DNA of 63,897 nucleotides, filler included, from Octopus bimaculoides (taxonomy: Eukaryota): NCBI RefSeq assembly GCF_001194135.2. It is 8 parts of 7 records of this genome, joined end to end, with 100 filler letters (N's around TTAATTAATTAA, not from the genome) between each part and the next. Parts side by side here need not be neighbours in the genome. Positions count along the whole stretch, not along the records: positions 36,268 to 48,230 come from NC_068988.1; positions 48,331 to 54,917 come from NC_068994.1; 6 more parts are not named here. One strand, 5' to 3'. The notes beneath the pieces are model-generated. The model had not been told where the DNA came from. It ran no database searches and saw only the letters and a list, made by a program, of their open reading frames with translations. Each line of letters begins with the position of its first letter. The stretch's first letter is position 1. Both the position numbers and the translations under genes were made by a program. Below are positions 36,791 through 50,749 of this stretch, piece after piece.

Positions 36791-38665
36791 GATATATATA
36801 TATGTATGTATGTATGTATATATATATATATATATGCTACGGAATTCTCGCACTTACCGCTTACAGGGCTTTGGTCGCACCCAAGATATTGTAGGTGACA
36901 TTTGCTCTCAATGCTTCGCAAAAGGACTGATGTCAGAACCAAGAGTTTTGGAACGGAACCTCGAACCACACGGGCAAGATTCGATTTAATTTACTACCTG
37001 AGAATGTAATGCATTTCGAGTTCTCCAATAATTACATGAAATATTTATTTATTTGAATGCTGGAGAAGTATTGTNNNNNNNNNNNNNNNNNNNNNNNNNN
37101 NNNNNNNNNNNNNNNNNNNNNNNNNNNNNNNNNNNNNNNNNNNNNNNNNNNNNNNNNNNNNNNNNNNNNNNNNNNNNNNNNNNNNNNNNNNNNNNNNNNN
37201 NNNNNNNNNNNNNNNNNNNNNNNNNNNNNNNNNNNNNNNNNNNNNNNNNNNNNNNNNNNNNNNNNNNNNNNNNNNNNNNNNNNNNNNNNNNNNNNNNNNN
37301 NNNNNNNNNNNNNNNNNNNNNNNNNNNNNNNNNNNNNNNNNNNNNNNNNNNNNNNNNNNNNNNNNNNNNNNNNNNNNNNNNNNNNNNNNNNNNNNNNNNN
37401 NNNNNNNNNNNNNNNNNNNNNNNNNNNNNNNNNNNNNNNNNNNNNNNNNNNNNNNNNNNNNNNNNNNNNNNNNNNNNNNNNNNNNNNNNNNNNNNNNNNN
37501 NNNNNNNNNNNNNNNNNNNNNNNNNNNNNNNNNNNNNNNNNNNNNNNNNNNNNNNNNNNNNNNNNNNGAGAGAGAGAGAGAGAGAGAGAGAGAGGTTTTG
37601 GTAAATAGATACTGACAAAGAAATTTACGAAGAAACAACGACCTAGCTTCCAGTATTATATCATGATCCCGTTATTTGTTATAAAAGTTGGCAATTACAA
37701 ATATATCTAAAATAGAATATCAGGGTAGAATTAATCAATCTAGATATCAAATTATATTTTATATTTCCTTTGTATCAAAATAAAATCTTCTATAGAACGA
37801 TGAATGTTTATTTCGCATTGTAACCTTACATTAAATTTTATTTCATTCTTTCAATGAAATCTTCAATAGAACTGTCGACATATAATTTCTGTGACTGGAT
37901 TTATTATCGACATTACTCCAATATAGATGCCCCGTGCTACGTACACGCTGCACTACCAATATGAAGGAACTGATAAAAATCAAGTCTTCACTGAAGAAAA
38001 TGATGCTGTTGATGTCAACAATGAGATATTTAATGGAAATCCGATAAATATAATTGAATTCTATTAACGTTGCTCGGTGATAAAAACATTTCTCCTATAA
38101 ACTTACGAAATTGTGAATTTACAAAAAGCTGTGGAAGATTTTAGGGAATCATTTGGCCATAAAATCTCATCAGAATGACAAACAATCTCAACCAATATTT
38201 ACAAGTGTCCTATACTGTATGACAGCACAAGCTTGCATCTACCATTTACCTTATATTTGATGTATTTTATGTATGTTTAGCATCATTGGGCTGATATAAA
38301 ATTATAGACGTGTGAGAACATGTATAAGTATCTTGAAAATAAACTGAGATTTGTGTAATATTGTTGACCTGCATTCCATAAAAAGAAGCACAGCAATAGA
38401 GGTTTTAATTAGTTTACGTTCCTTGTGAAAGATTATTTTAGTATTACATTATTTCAATAGACTTTTCATTTTTTTTTTTATTCTCCTTTTCTTCCATTAT
38501 TTTAGCTATGATGTAATTGTATGTTCACATGCATATCCGCAGTAAAACATGTATATTAATATACAATTTGATGTTCTATGCAAATACACAGGAATATATA
38601 TGATTGACCGTTGACTGAACACTATTCAATTTTTTTTCTCCGTGTTGTTCTCCTTGTCTCCGTAT

Positions 38666-38702
38666 TCTTTCTGTTGAAGAGCGTAGCTCGAAACGTCAAA
38701 GA
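38666..38702 (+). ncRNA. Minimal hammerhead-like motif (A6U core) in a solo pLTR-like repeat
   Basis: TCTTT-CTGTTGA-A-GAGC-GTA-GCTC-GAAAC-GTC-AAAGA, with perfect stems I and II. Confidence 0.6.
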
Positions 38703-39948
38703 CTTTCCGTATTCCCGAGCGTCATACTAATATATACTTTTGTTATTTACACTACCTGTCCTCGTCTGTTGTTATTATTTGTATATTCTCCCATATATAT
38801 ATATATATATATATATATANNNNNNNNNNNNNNNNNNNNNNNNNNNNNNNNNNNNNNNNNNNNNNNNNNNNNNNNNNNNNNNNNNNNNNNNNNNNNNNNN
38901 NNNNNNNNNNNNNNNNNNNNNNNNNNNNNNNNNNNNNNNNNNNNNNNNNNNNNNNNNNNNNNNNNNNNNNNNNNNNNNNNNNNNNNNNNNNNNNNNNNNN
39001 NNNNNNNNNNNNNNNNNNNNNNNNNNNNNNNNNNNNNNNNNNNNNNNNNNNNNNNNNNNNNNNNNNNNNNNNNNNNNNNNNNNNNNNNNNNNNNNNNNNN
39101 NNNNNNNNNNNNNNNNNNNNNNNNNNNNNNNNNNNNNNNNNNNNNNNNNNNNNNNNNNNTTTTCAATTAATATTATTATTTGATAATAACATGAAATATT
39201 GGCACTGCTATTACAAGTTTTCTCACATAGATTTCACTGTTCTTCTGATATATATAACAAAGTATGGCTCGATTGTGAGAAAGGCCCCATCACTACCTTG
39301 TTGTATGATACGCCATATTTCTTTTGGTTCTTCTTCTACGTGAATCCCAGTTCAGCTCAGTTCAGGCGGAGGTATTGCTTTTTCAAACGTTCACCTCCTT
39401 TCTTTCTCTATTGTTTTTTGTTCTTTTATTTTTTTTGTTTTCTGGTGGTGATTCTCATATTTAGTAACAGTTTATGATTTTCTCGCTCTCCCAAAATGAG
39501 TGCCTTTATCTTTGAAATGAAGAATAGAGTTATGCATAAAATGAGGATAATTTTACACCCTGGTCAGCTGTCTACCGCTCTGTGCTTCTGGTATTGTGCA
39601 GACTAAAGAGTTGACAGAGTCTGCACTCTTACAAGAAGTAAACGCTTTTGCGATCACATTTTGAGAGCAGGAAATGAAACTATCAGTCAAAACGATTTCA
39701 AAATAAAGGACAAATAGTGTTATTTCAAATCTCAATAAAGGACAAGGACAAATAGAGCTGAATAAAGGACTTTCCTTTGAAATAAAGGATGGTTGGGAAC
39801 ACTATGTATATATATAATAATAATGATAATAATAATATCAATAATAATGATACATATGTAAATATATACCCGTGTGGTAGTTTGTGTGTTTATGTACGTA
39901 TATATGTGTTTGTGTGTCTATAAATGTTGGAATATATATGCATGTATA

Positions 39949-40006
<58 letters not shown>

Positions 40007-40174
40007 NNNNNNNNNNNNNNNNNNNNNNNNNNNNNNNNNNNNNNNNNNNNNNNNNNNNNNNNNNNNNNNNNNNNNNNNNNNNNNNNNNNNNNNNNNNNNN
40101 NNNNNNNNNNNNNNNNNNNNNNNNNNNNNNNNNNNNNNNNNNNNNNNNNNNNNNNNNNNNNNNNNNNNNNNNNN

Positions 40175-40286
40175 AGAAGAAGAAGAAGAAGAAGAAGAAG
40201 AAGAAGAAGAAGAAGAAGAAGAAGAAGAAGAAGAAGAAGAAGAAGAAGAAGAAGAAGAAGAAGAAGAAGAAGAAGAAGAAGAAGAA
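40175..40286. repeat. (AAG)n microsatellite
   Basis: Direct reading. Confidence 0.98.
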
Positions 40287-43200
40287 ACGGCATTCGAATT
40301 TTGTTTAATAAGTAAGATTCCTGATAACGTCGCTATATTTTTCTTTTTCATTTACAAACAAATTCAAAACGAACTGAAATAAAAGCGAGAAGCTAATATT
40401 TCTAAATATACATGTCTCTTTTGATATCAACCCGCTTGAGATCACAATGTTATTCTTTGATACAAACTTCCTGTTTTGAATTCATGTAAAGATAATTTTT
40501 CATTTCAAATTTGTGTTAATCTATTCCAAACTTCAGCTTAATAATGTCAAGGTTATATTGCTAAATTCTTCGTTATCATAAGAGGTAATCAAAACAAAGT
40601 TAGTATATAAAATATTTGTACTCTTAGAAATCTTTCAAATACATTTATCGGTGTACTTATGGGGTTTATGATCATATTTTCAAATTATTCATCTAGATTT
40701 TCATAAGAAAAAGTATATCATTTATGCACATGTCAATTATGAGTTGTGCGTGTGTTACTTTCTTTTGTGAATGTTAAGCTGAGTGATGTGCATGTATTTC
40801 CGCATGTTTGGGTAAGTTTTCTATGAAACGTATCTGTGTTAGTCGTGAGGTATTCCTAAGTTTGAGTTCTTTATGCTTAGTTCGTGTGTGTTTATGGGAT
40901 GTTTTTCCCTGTGTATATATCTTACTGCTGCTAAAAAGTTTCTCTCTTCTTACGTTGCCGTAATCACCTTCCTCCAATATTTCCTGTTTTAATATTTTAT
41001 GGTATTTCTCTTCCTTCAAGTACTTTGCTTCACAGTCAATCTCACTTTTAGTTTCATTATTATCTTTCTCCTCCTTCTACTATAATATTATACTTTAGTT
41101 AGTGAGGAAATGATATTTTCATTCACAACCCAGCGTTCGCACAGAAAGTAAATTAATTTATTGTGTTCTCACAGATTTAGTACTTAGTGACTTCGAGCTA
41201 TAAATATGATAAACATAATTCTATAAAAGAAAGCATAATAAGCCGTACCGATCCTATCCTTCAGCAATTTATTGCATGTAACCAATTTTGGTATACATGA
41301 TATACATTGGAGATTATTCAACCGGGAAACCACAGCAGTTTCTTCACTTGACTTTTGGAAACATTATCACGGTGAAACATGGCTCACACATGTGGTGTAC
41401 ATTGAAGTAAATAATTTCCTCAGTAACGCATGTTACAAGGTTAACTGTATTTTTCTGTTTTGTTCTGATTCCCTCCAAAGTTTTATCTGAATTCAGTTAT
41501 GGAAACAAGCAGCAATGTTACAATGAACCTCAGTAAACGACAGTATTATTCTACCCGTATAATATAGGTTGATATAAAACGAAACGAATTCTAATGCATG
41601 GCACACATTACTTCAGTATCGCTAGCTTCCTGCATGATCGATTATCCTATTCGTTTTCACTTCCCTTTGGAAATACATCATTCTCATACATATCCATTAA
41701 CTGTTCAATTAATTATGGATGTTCATACTGTGTGTTATGGCATCTATAAAATCTGAAACCGATTTATCTTGTATTATATGCCACTAAACCAATGTGTGTG
41801 CTTTTCATACACATGCCCCAGTGCCTTTAAATAAAATGTATACTTCCAATGTTTTCATATACCTTTCAGAAATATACAAATCAGATTCCTGCATATAATA
41901 AACAATAAAGCGTACAACTAAAAATTATCATGAACTTGTTACGCTATTGATTTGTAAAGCGATAATATATGATTTGTGTGACATTAGTGTTACTGTCTCT
42001 TACATATTGTTCGGTTTAAAAGAATTTATTGCTCCAATTTTTTTAACACATGTCAAGATTTTAGAATGATTCAATGAGTATCTGATTTAAGCTCTTGGGC
42101 ACAAGTGTTCTTTATGACTTCATGTATTTTTCTTATCTAAATAACAGTAAAATAATTTTAAATAAAATTCAAATTTTTACTTCACTTGTATATCGCAGAG
42201 TAATATTATATAAATCAAATTGCTGCCTTGCTTGTATATCATCATCGAAACAATGTTATAGAAATCAAATTCCTGTATCACTTGTATGCAAAAACAATTT
42301 ATATTTTATGTATACCTATTCCACTCTAACAATTTTATATAAATAAAAAAAATCCTTGTTATACTTATATATCACTTGCTTAACATATATAAATCAAACT
42401 TGTAAGGTATTTCTGTATCTCAGCAACGAATTTATGTAACTTTATGTTCCTATATCTCATCTATTTCGCAGCAATAACCTAATATAACTTTTCCTTCAAT
42501 TTAGATTCAAATAGCCACTGCGCATTGAATTGTTTTGCAGCACAGTTTTCTAACAATTAAGGAAATAAATTATCGTGCTATTCTGATTATAGCACGTGAA
42601 TAGTATCATAATTAAAGGTAACGTTCATAATGCTAAAGTACTTGGTGGTATTTCAACCGAGTCTGTGCTCAGAGTTCAAATGTAGTCGAGGTCATCTCTG
42701 TTCTACTTCATTTCGGGATGGCAAAAATGGTAGCAATGCAAGTAGATGGCTTTTGCTACATTGGATTCTGGGATAAAATCGTGTTATGGCTCACATCACC
42801 TGCTTTTGTAACCATACCTGACACGTTAATTGCTGTACTCGTGGCCAGTCTGCTACAAGTAACTATGCCAGCATTCTGGTTTGGGAATCTCTCTCTCGCA
42901 TCAACTTAGAATTTGTCGTAATATCCCGTAGGTTATGGTTCCTCCATAACACAAATTATTATAAAAGAACTAAAAGCTGCTCTTCTCATGTATTACTTTC
43001 ATAGTCAAATTTTAAATCACAATTTACCACCGACGGATATACGTCTTGCAAAAACCTTAGCCCGGCTACAATTTATCTTTGTATCGTAAATATATTAAAC
43101 ATAATCCACTGTGCAGAGTAAGCATGACTAGCAATATGTTATCTTTCATAATTGTTTTTTTCTTACAACTATATCCTCTACTGCAGTCGTCCCGAAACGG

Positions 43201-44260
43201 CCTATGTATATAAATACATTGTTGGTTAATGCATTTAAAAAAGCGAAGACCAATTCTTTTTTGTATTAAACGAGAAATTTCTGAATATTTACTTTTACTA
43301 CATTTATTTGCGAAAGAGTTAAATGAAGATTTGTATTTCACGTATTGAAACATCTTTTGGATACAAACACACACACAAAAAACCATGGTTGTGTATGTAT
43401 GTATATCTTTCCTTTTATGAGTGAACGTGTGTGAACCTATGTGCGCATAAGCAGTGACTAACCAGCTCAATCACAGCCGTCATATAAACGTGTAGGCAAC
43501 AGATTCATAAATAGTGAATTGAAATGTTGCGTGTTACAAGTGAATCGGCTCCTAAAAGAGTATTCAGTGTTAAATTATACTTCATTTTAGTTTCCTTATC
43601 ACATGTCAAAAACTGAAATACTTGATTTAACCTTTTGGGTTTCTATGTTATTTATGGTGTCAGTTATAAATTCTGTGTTAGAAAATATCGGTGGAAAAAC
43701 TTCATATAAAATGGTATTCTTATGTCACTGCATCAACGTTACATAAAAACAAATTCCTAGTTCACTTTATATCACTGCAAACACTTTATAGAAAATGTTG
43801 TTTCTATATAATTTCTGCATCCTTTTAACAACTTTATATAAAATCAAATATCTATATCACTTCTATAGCATTTCTACAACTGCATATGATTTAAAACATC
43901 TATAATACTTTTGCCACGTTATAAGGTAAACTATCTAAAATAACAATTTTAATGCCAAACAATTAGTGATTCATGTCAAAGTGCTTGTTTATGATAGTAA
44001 TACTTAAGTAATTGCAATACACGTTGCACTGATAAAAACGTTGGTAACTATTTTAACAGATATTTAAGGATATACGTATTATGAATCCCATGATCACCTT
44101 AGTATGAAATCTCCCTATCTCGGTCTTTATCTATCTATTTTCCTTTGCCTTTCTATGTCTGAGTTTCTCACACAAATTATTCAAAATTTCCTCTAGTTTA
44201 AACGTCAAAGGGTAATTCAGGATCAGCGCTTCTAATAAATCCGTAAGTTCAGTACATTTG

Positions 44261-44292
44261 TATGTTTGTATGTATGTATGTATGTATGTATG

Positions 44293-44323
<31 letters not shown>

Positions 44324-44370
44324 GCATGTATGTATGTATGTATATCAGCATGTATGTATGTATGTATTAA
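44261..44370. repeat. (TATG)n microsatellite
   Basis: Direct reading. Confidence 0.95.
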
Positions 44371-47097
44371 TGTCAGTATTTCAATTACGAGGAAAGTATA
44401 TTGATCACTGCAATGTATGGTATTTCCTGAAATGCAGGGCTATTATGAGTGGTGAAAATAATTTATCAGTATTAATTTTATGTGGGCTTGATTATTGAGT
44501 TATAAACATTATTAAAATTATGTGCAAGTTGTTAGAAAACTATCTAAAGATTTAAAATGAATTTTTAGTGATAACTTCCCAACAGATAGTAGTACTAAGC
44601 AAAATCATAAGGTAATGATAATTCTTGATAATCATTTGTCAACATTTACTATTTCATTACAATGACTATTGCTCAAACATACGTGCAATTTCAATCGTCT
44701 TTCTAAAATAAAGATTTATTCTAAAATATGTTGAATTCAGCTTCTATTTTCTCTTAATGATATCCCATGATTTTTCAATACATATTAAGTCTAGAACATT
44801 GACGATCTAAACTGGTTCTTTCAATCTCCTTACAAGCAAACTTTCGAGAACTAGAATGGCCTCTAACATATAATTTATCAGATGGCAATATATTGCTCTG
44901 AGATATGTGAGATGTCGAAAAAAGTGTATATATCATTTCTACATTTTATATTAACTTATAAAACACACGAAATCTGTCATCGCTAAAATATGATCTGCTG
45001 CACGCCAGTTGGTGGTTTTGAATTTAGCACAAAATTCTTTTAAAAGCAAAGTTTCAATCATTTTTCATAGAATGTTTTAGCTATCTATTCTCATTTTTCG
45101 ATTGCAATTTATTAAATATCTGCAGTAGGAAAATAACAAATCTGCATCTCTTGCCGAAGATAACATTTTGAATAGAATCACAATCTTTTTCTTGAAACAA
45201 TTCAAGAACTGCATTTTACTTGGCAAAAACAATTCTTGTTAACTGAGGTATTTATACACGGTCCCCTAAGGAAATATGCAGAGATTTCCCCGAAAGTTTT
45301 CTTATGAAACTTGCAATTATTTCGAAAAGAGCACATTGGTTATTTCGCAATTTAGTGAAACATGTTTTCATTACATTTCAAATATATATCCGACGGCAAA
45401 CCTTATAAAGATAAAATATGGAAAGAAATGGAAACGGAGTTGCTTATAATGGTTTTACAAGCCGAATCCTTCCACCATATTCCATAATTTGCTTTTTAGT
45501 ACATAATTTCTTTAATACGAATATAATGGCTGGATTATTCTCATGAGCTTGTTTCTTTGCATGTTATTCTTTTGACCGACTCTCGTAAAATTAGCGCCTA
45601 TTTCTTTTAAGGTGTTCTTTTAAATGTGCTGATACTATTGCTGGTTTTTAATAAAATGCTTCTGAATCATCGTTAATTAGATATTCCATACTTCTCTCTT
45701 TTGGTTCCTTTCTCTCCTACCCTGTGCCAGGAGATTTGTAATGATCTGTAACATTACTTCATGTTGACGAATGCAAAGGGAACAATATTATAAATTAGAG
45801 AAAAATATCAAGAGGAAAACAAACTGTATTATAGAATATCAGCTTGCACGTAAATTTATACGAAACTGGAGATGACTTGACGCAACTGAGCCAAAAGGAT
45901 ATAAAATGAAATGAAAGTATTTACACCGAAGCGAAAATAATTTTTCATAAATCATATCGTATGTCCATAATAATAAAATTATAACGATTGCCGAAAGAAA
46001 CGATTGCCGAATACATTCCTCATCTTTAGTCGACAAACTCACATACCCATATACCTGTACATGCAAAGACACAAAATCTCACATGTGAGCACACACACAC
46101 AGACGCATTTACACATAGACACACATACATTCAAACAGAGAGATACACACACATCCGCACAGCGAGAGACACACACACATATACATGCAGCACCCCAATC
46201 ACACATATATGATTTAAGAATACGCTACACAGAATTTTCGAGTAGAACTTAACAATGGAGAAACCTGACTATATTCAATTACATGCTGTCTTTAAATTTT
46301 GTTTATTCGGATTCTACAGATATAGTGGATCATTTGTACCTAAGAACTTCTGATATCATATTAGAATACGAAAAGTATTTTGTCTTCTACTTTCGTTCGT
46401 TCATTTCGCTATGATGTCTTGCTTGATTTTTCTTCTCAGACAAGAAAGTGAAATGAAATAAAAAGAAAGTGTTATAATATTCTGGTCATTAAAGAACTTA
46501 CATTATGTTTGCATGATTGATAGGGTGACATTGAACATTTTGTGGGGCAAGCATACATAAGAACATATATATCTCCAACGTTGTAACAAACGAATGAGAA
46601 AAGAAAGGACATTCCTAATAATAGAGAAGAGAGGGAACATACACATAAAGCACGAAACTAGACAGGTGGAATAGGAATTCCGGGAGCGAACACGAAAAAT
46701 AGTTATGGTGAGTGGGTGAGTAAAGGAGTCAATGTTATATATATATNNNNNNNNNNNNNNNNNNNNNNNNNNNNNNNNNNNNNNNNNNNNNNNNNNNNNN
46801 NNNNNNNNNNNNNNNNNNNNNNNNNNNNNNNNNNNNNNNNNNNNNNNNNNNNNNNNNNNNNNNNNNNNNNNNNNNNNNNNNNNNNNNNNNNNNNNNNNNN
46901 NNNNNNNNNNNNNNNNNNNNNNNNNNNNNNNNNNNNNNNNNNNNNNNNNNNNNNNNNNNNNNNNNNNNNNNNNNNNNNNNNNNNNNNNNNNNNNNNNNNN
47001 NNNNNNNNNNNNNNNNNNNNNNNNNNNNNNNNNNNNNNNNNNNNNNNNNNNNNNNNNNNNNNNNNNNNNNNNNNNACATATATATATATATATATAC

Positions 47098-47127
<30 letters not shown>

Positions 47128-47128
<1 letters not shown>

Positions 47129-47510
47129 GGCGCAGGAGTGGATGTGTGGTAAGAAGCTTGCACGGTTCCTTGGGCAAGTGTCGTCTACTATAGCCTCGGG
47201 CCGACCAAAGCCTTGTGAGTGGATTTGGTAGACGGAAACTGAAAGAAGCCCACCGTATATAGGTATATATGTATGTGTATAAATATCTTTGCATATCTGT
47301 ATGTGTCCCCTCAACATCGTTTGACAACCGTTGCTGATGTGTTTACGTCCCCGTAACCTAGCGGTTCGGCAAAAGGGACGATAGAAAAAATAGTAGGCTT
47401 ACAAAAAAATAAGTCCTGGGGTCGATTTGCTCGACTAAAGGCGGTGCACCAGCATGGCTGCAGTCAAATGACTGAAACAAGTAAAAGAGTAAAAGAGAGA
47501 GTATATATAG
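47128..47510. mobile_element. 21976-type SINE (+) followed by the 28448-type repeat (-)
   Basis: Sequence matches to both copies. Confidence 0.8.
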
Positions 47511-47589
47511 ATATACATAGATATACATATATAGATATACATAGATATGCATATAACACACATATAACCCCAGAAACAAAGAAGCCTTC

Positions 47590-48150
47590 AACATCATCAC
47601 CCAAAACATACCAATGCTACATAAGGACCCCAAATTAAAGGAAATTTTACACACACACAAAATCATTAAAAGATACAAACAACCAAAATCACTGAAAAAG
47701 ATCCTCACAAAGGCAAAATTATTTTCCAAAATAACAGATGCAAAAGTCAGAAAATGTGGTCGTCTAAATTCCGCAACATACCCAAACATTCTAGAAGGTT
47801 CAGAATTCCTCTTCAAAAAGGGAGAAAAATTCAAAGTTAAATCTGACTTAACTTCTGCCTCAGAAAACCTTATTTATGTAATAAGATGCACGGGCTGCCA
47901 TGAAAACTACATAGGGTCCACAGGATTATCGCTCAGACGCAGATGCACTCTGAATCGACAGCAGAATGCATGCCCAGAATACCGAATGATACCTCTTAGT
48001 GGGCATATTGAGAAATGCGCACAACAAATGCTACCACAATTTATAATCTTTCCTTTCTATCAATGTGCCATTAGAACACCAACACAAATTAGATTAAATA
48101 AGGAAACCTTTTTCATTCAAAAATACAAACCCAAACTTAACCATTGCTAA
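47590..48150 (+). mobile_element. Penelope-like element linker and GIY-YIG endonuclease (Neptune/Poseidon-like)
   Basis: Open frame YKQPKSLKKIL...NLIYVIRCTGCHENYIGSTG...KETFFIQKYKPKLN; the linker cysteines are partly mutated. Confidence 0.9.
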
Positions 48151-48480
48151 CACATTTAAATAAGGAAATTCATCAACCCACTGAGAGGGAAAAAATATAG
48201 AAAACCATGGTAAATTAATCAAATTCTACCNNNNNNNNNNNNNNNNNNNNNNNNNNNNNNNNNNNNNNNNNNNNTTAATTAATTAANNNNNNNNNNNNNN
48301 NNNNNNNNNNNNNNNNNNNNNNNNNNNNNNATATATATACATATATATATATATATACACATACATATAAATATATGTAAGCAGAGTTAGCGGTTATAAT
48401 AACTAACTAAGGGATAAAATATCCGTATATACTATCGGTATCCGTTACCCATGTTAAATAGACAGAAAATGGAGAAAACC

Positions 48481-49038
48481 TCAGATCAACCAGCACATCA
48501 ACTGGACCACATTTATAGTTTATTATTTAGTACAAAACATGGCATAACATTTATGTGACATAACAAATCTTACAGCCATTTCTGCATCTGGGGCCAATCA
48601 ACATTTACAAATAATTACGAAAATAAAATTCTTCATCATCATAGGACATCTGAATCAGTGCACGGTGCTTCATCAGAGTAAAACAAAAGCATTCAAAATA
48701 AACAAAAGGAAGAAGGAATAGGAAAGGAAACATGGCCTAGAAAAGAAGTCTGGAAGCCCAAAATATTAAAAGCATATAATCTACCATCTTAGGGCTATGA
48801 AGTCTGTAGGTAAAAGAGTGAACTAGTACTGGTCTAGGGAGGAAAAAATATTTTTTATGGGTAATTCCAATATAAAGGGGAACCAAAGAATTTTATTTTT
48901 GTAATTATTTGTAAACATTGATTGGTACTGGATGCGGACGTGGCCGTAAGATTTGTTATGTAACATAAATGTTATACCATGTTTTCTACTAAATAATAAG
49001 CTATAAATGTGGTTCAATTGATGTTCTTGTTGATCTGA
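48481..49038. repeat. Inverted repeat (about 150-bp arms) with a decayed long-stem HHR-like motif
   Basis: Arms 48481-48633 and 48887-49038; minus 48567-48679 reads CTGATGA-A-GCA...TGC-A-GAAAT-GGCT-GTA-AGAT. Confidence 0.7.
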
Positions 49039-49098
49039 AGTTTTCACCATTTTCTGACTCTTTATATACAAATATATATATATATATGTATATATATA

Positions 49099-49636
49099 CA
49101 GGATTATTCAAGAAGAATGAACCAATTTCATTACGCAATATTTTGATAAGGAAACGCAATAGAAAACTCCAGCTAACTCACAATCAACTTTTATTTCCTG
49201 TCTTACAAGTGTTCAATGTGGCCACCACCTGCAGCATAGGCAACATCAACATGATAAGAGAATTCCTCCCTGACACATATCAGCATATCACAATCCACTG
49301 AGTTGATTGCTGTTGTTATTCGATGTTTAAGGTCATTGAGGTTACTGAGTAGTGAGAAAACTCTACCGCTACACAGTAACCTCAATGATCTTAAACATCA
49401 AATGACAACAGCAATCAACTCAGTGGATCATGATATGCTGATATGTGTTTGGGTGGAATTCACTTATCACATTGATGTTGCCTGTGTTGCAGGTGGTGGC
49501 CACATTGAACACTTGTAAGACAGGAAATAAAAGTTAATTGTGAGTAAATACTTGTGACTTAGCTGGAGTTTTCTATTGCTTTACCTTAATAAAATATTGC
49601 GTAATGAAATCGGTTCATTCTCTTTGAATAACCCTG
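49099..49636. mobile_element. Fold-back Tc1/mariner-derived MITE flanked by TA
   Basis: Whole-element palindrome with about 255-bp arms; TA|CAGG...CCTG|TA ends; each arm encodes NLNDLKH..TTAINSVD.DML...GGGHIEHL*. Confidence 0.9.
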
Positions 49637-49657
49637 TACATATATATATATATATAT

Positions 49658-50097
49658 GCAAATTTTTTGTTGAAAATGCACCTAAATTTGAAAAAAACTT
49701 GTAATTGTTTTAAAATAAATTTATTTACATATACACCAAACTAGTTTCAATAATATTTTTTGTTTTTCTCCCTCTTAACTCAGTCTGACTGTAACTTCGA
49801 TGATCCACATTTCTTATCAATCACTACTAACACTATGGAATTTTGTGGATTTAAACAAGATGATCCACATTTTTTTATATTATTGAATGTTATGAACATT
49901 TAAATCATATTTCATATTATTGAAACTTATAAAAATTGAAACTTTTAAATATGCTTTTCTAGTTCATAATTTAAAATTTTTACCATCGATCAAAAAGAAA
50001 TATCGTTGAAACTAGTTTGGTATATATGTAAATAAATTTATTTAAAAAACGATTACAAGTTTTTCAAATTTAGGTGCATTTTCAATAACAAATTTGC
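49658..50097. mobile_element. AT-rich MITE-like element with about 115-bp terminal inverted repeats
   Basis: gaaaatgcacctaaatttgaaaaa...aaactagtttcaa is mirrored at 49985-50097. Confidence 0.75.
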
Positions 50098-50636
50098 CTA
50101 TATTTTTTCCTGCATGTAAATACACCTCTTTTGTTATATATATATATATATNNNNNNNNNNNNNNNNNNNNNNNNNNNNNNNNNNNNNNNNNNNNNNNNN
50201 NNNNNNNNNNNNNNNNNNNNNNNNNNNNNNNNNNNNNNNNNNNNNNNNNNNNNNNNNNNNNNNNNNNNNNNNNNNNNNNNNNNNNNNNNNNNNNNNNNNN
50301 NNNNNNNNNNNNNNNNNNNNNNNNNNNNNNNNNNNNNNNNNNNNNNNNNNNNNNNNNNNNNNNNNNNNNNNNNNNNNNNNNNNNNNNNNNNNNNNNNNNN
50401 NNNNNNNNNNNNNNNNNNNNNNNNNNNNNNNNNNNNNNNNNNNNNNNNNNNNNNNNNNNNNNNNNNNNNNNNNNNNNNNNNNNNNNNNNNNNNNNNNNNN
50501 NNNNNNNNNNNNNNNNNNNNNNNNNNNNNNNNNNNNNNNNNNNNNNNNNNNNNNNNNNNNNNNNNNNNNNNNNNNNNNNNNNNNNNNNNNNNNNNNNNNN
50601 NNNNNNNNNNNNNNNNNNNNNNNNNNNNNNNNNNNN

Positions 50637-50681
<45 letters not shown>

Positions 50682-50713
50682 GTGTGTGTGTGTATTTATA
50701 TAGTGTATGTGTG

Positions 50714-50749
<36 letters not shown>

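Noticed and set aside
37917-38180. Short coding-looking stretch MPRATYTLHYQYEGT...
   Set aside because: Only 46 codons before a stop and no recognisable motif.
40400-46000. Long AT-rich non-repetitive stretch
   Set aside because: No ORF, motif or structure that I can support; treated as intronic or intergenic DNA.
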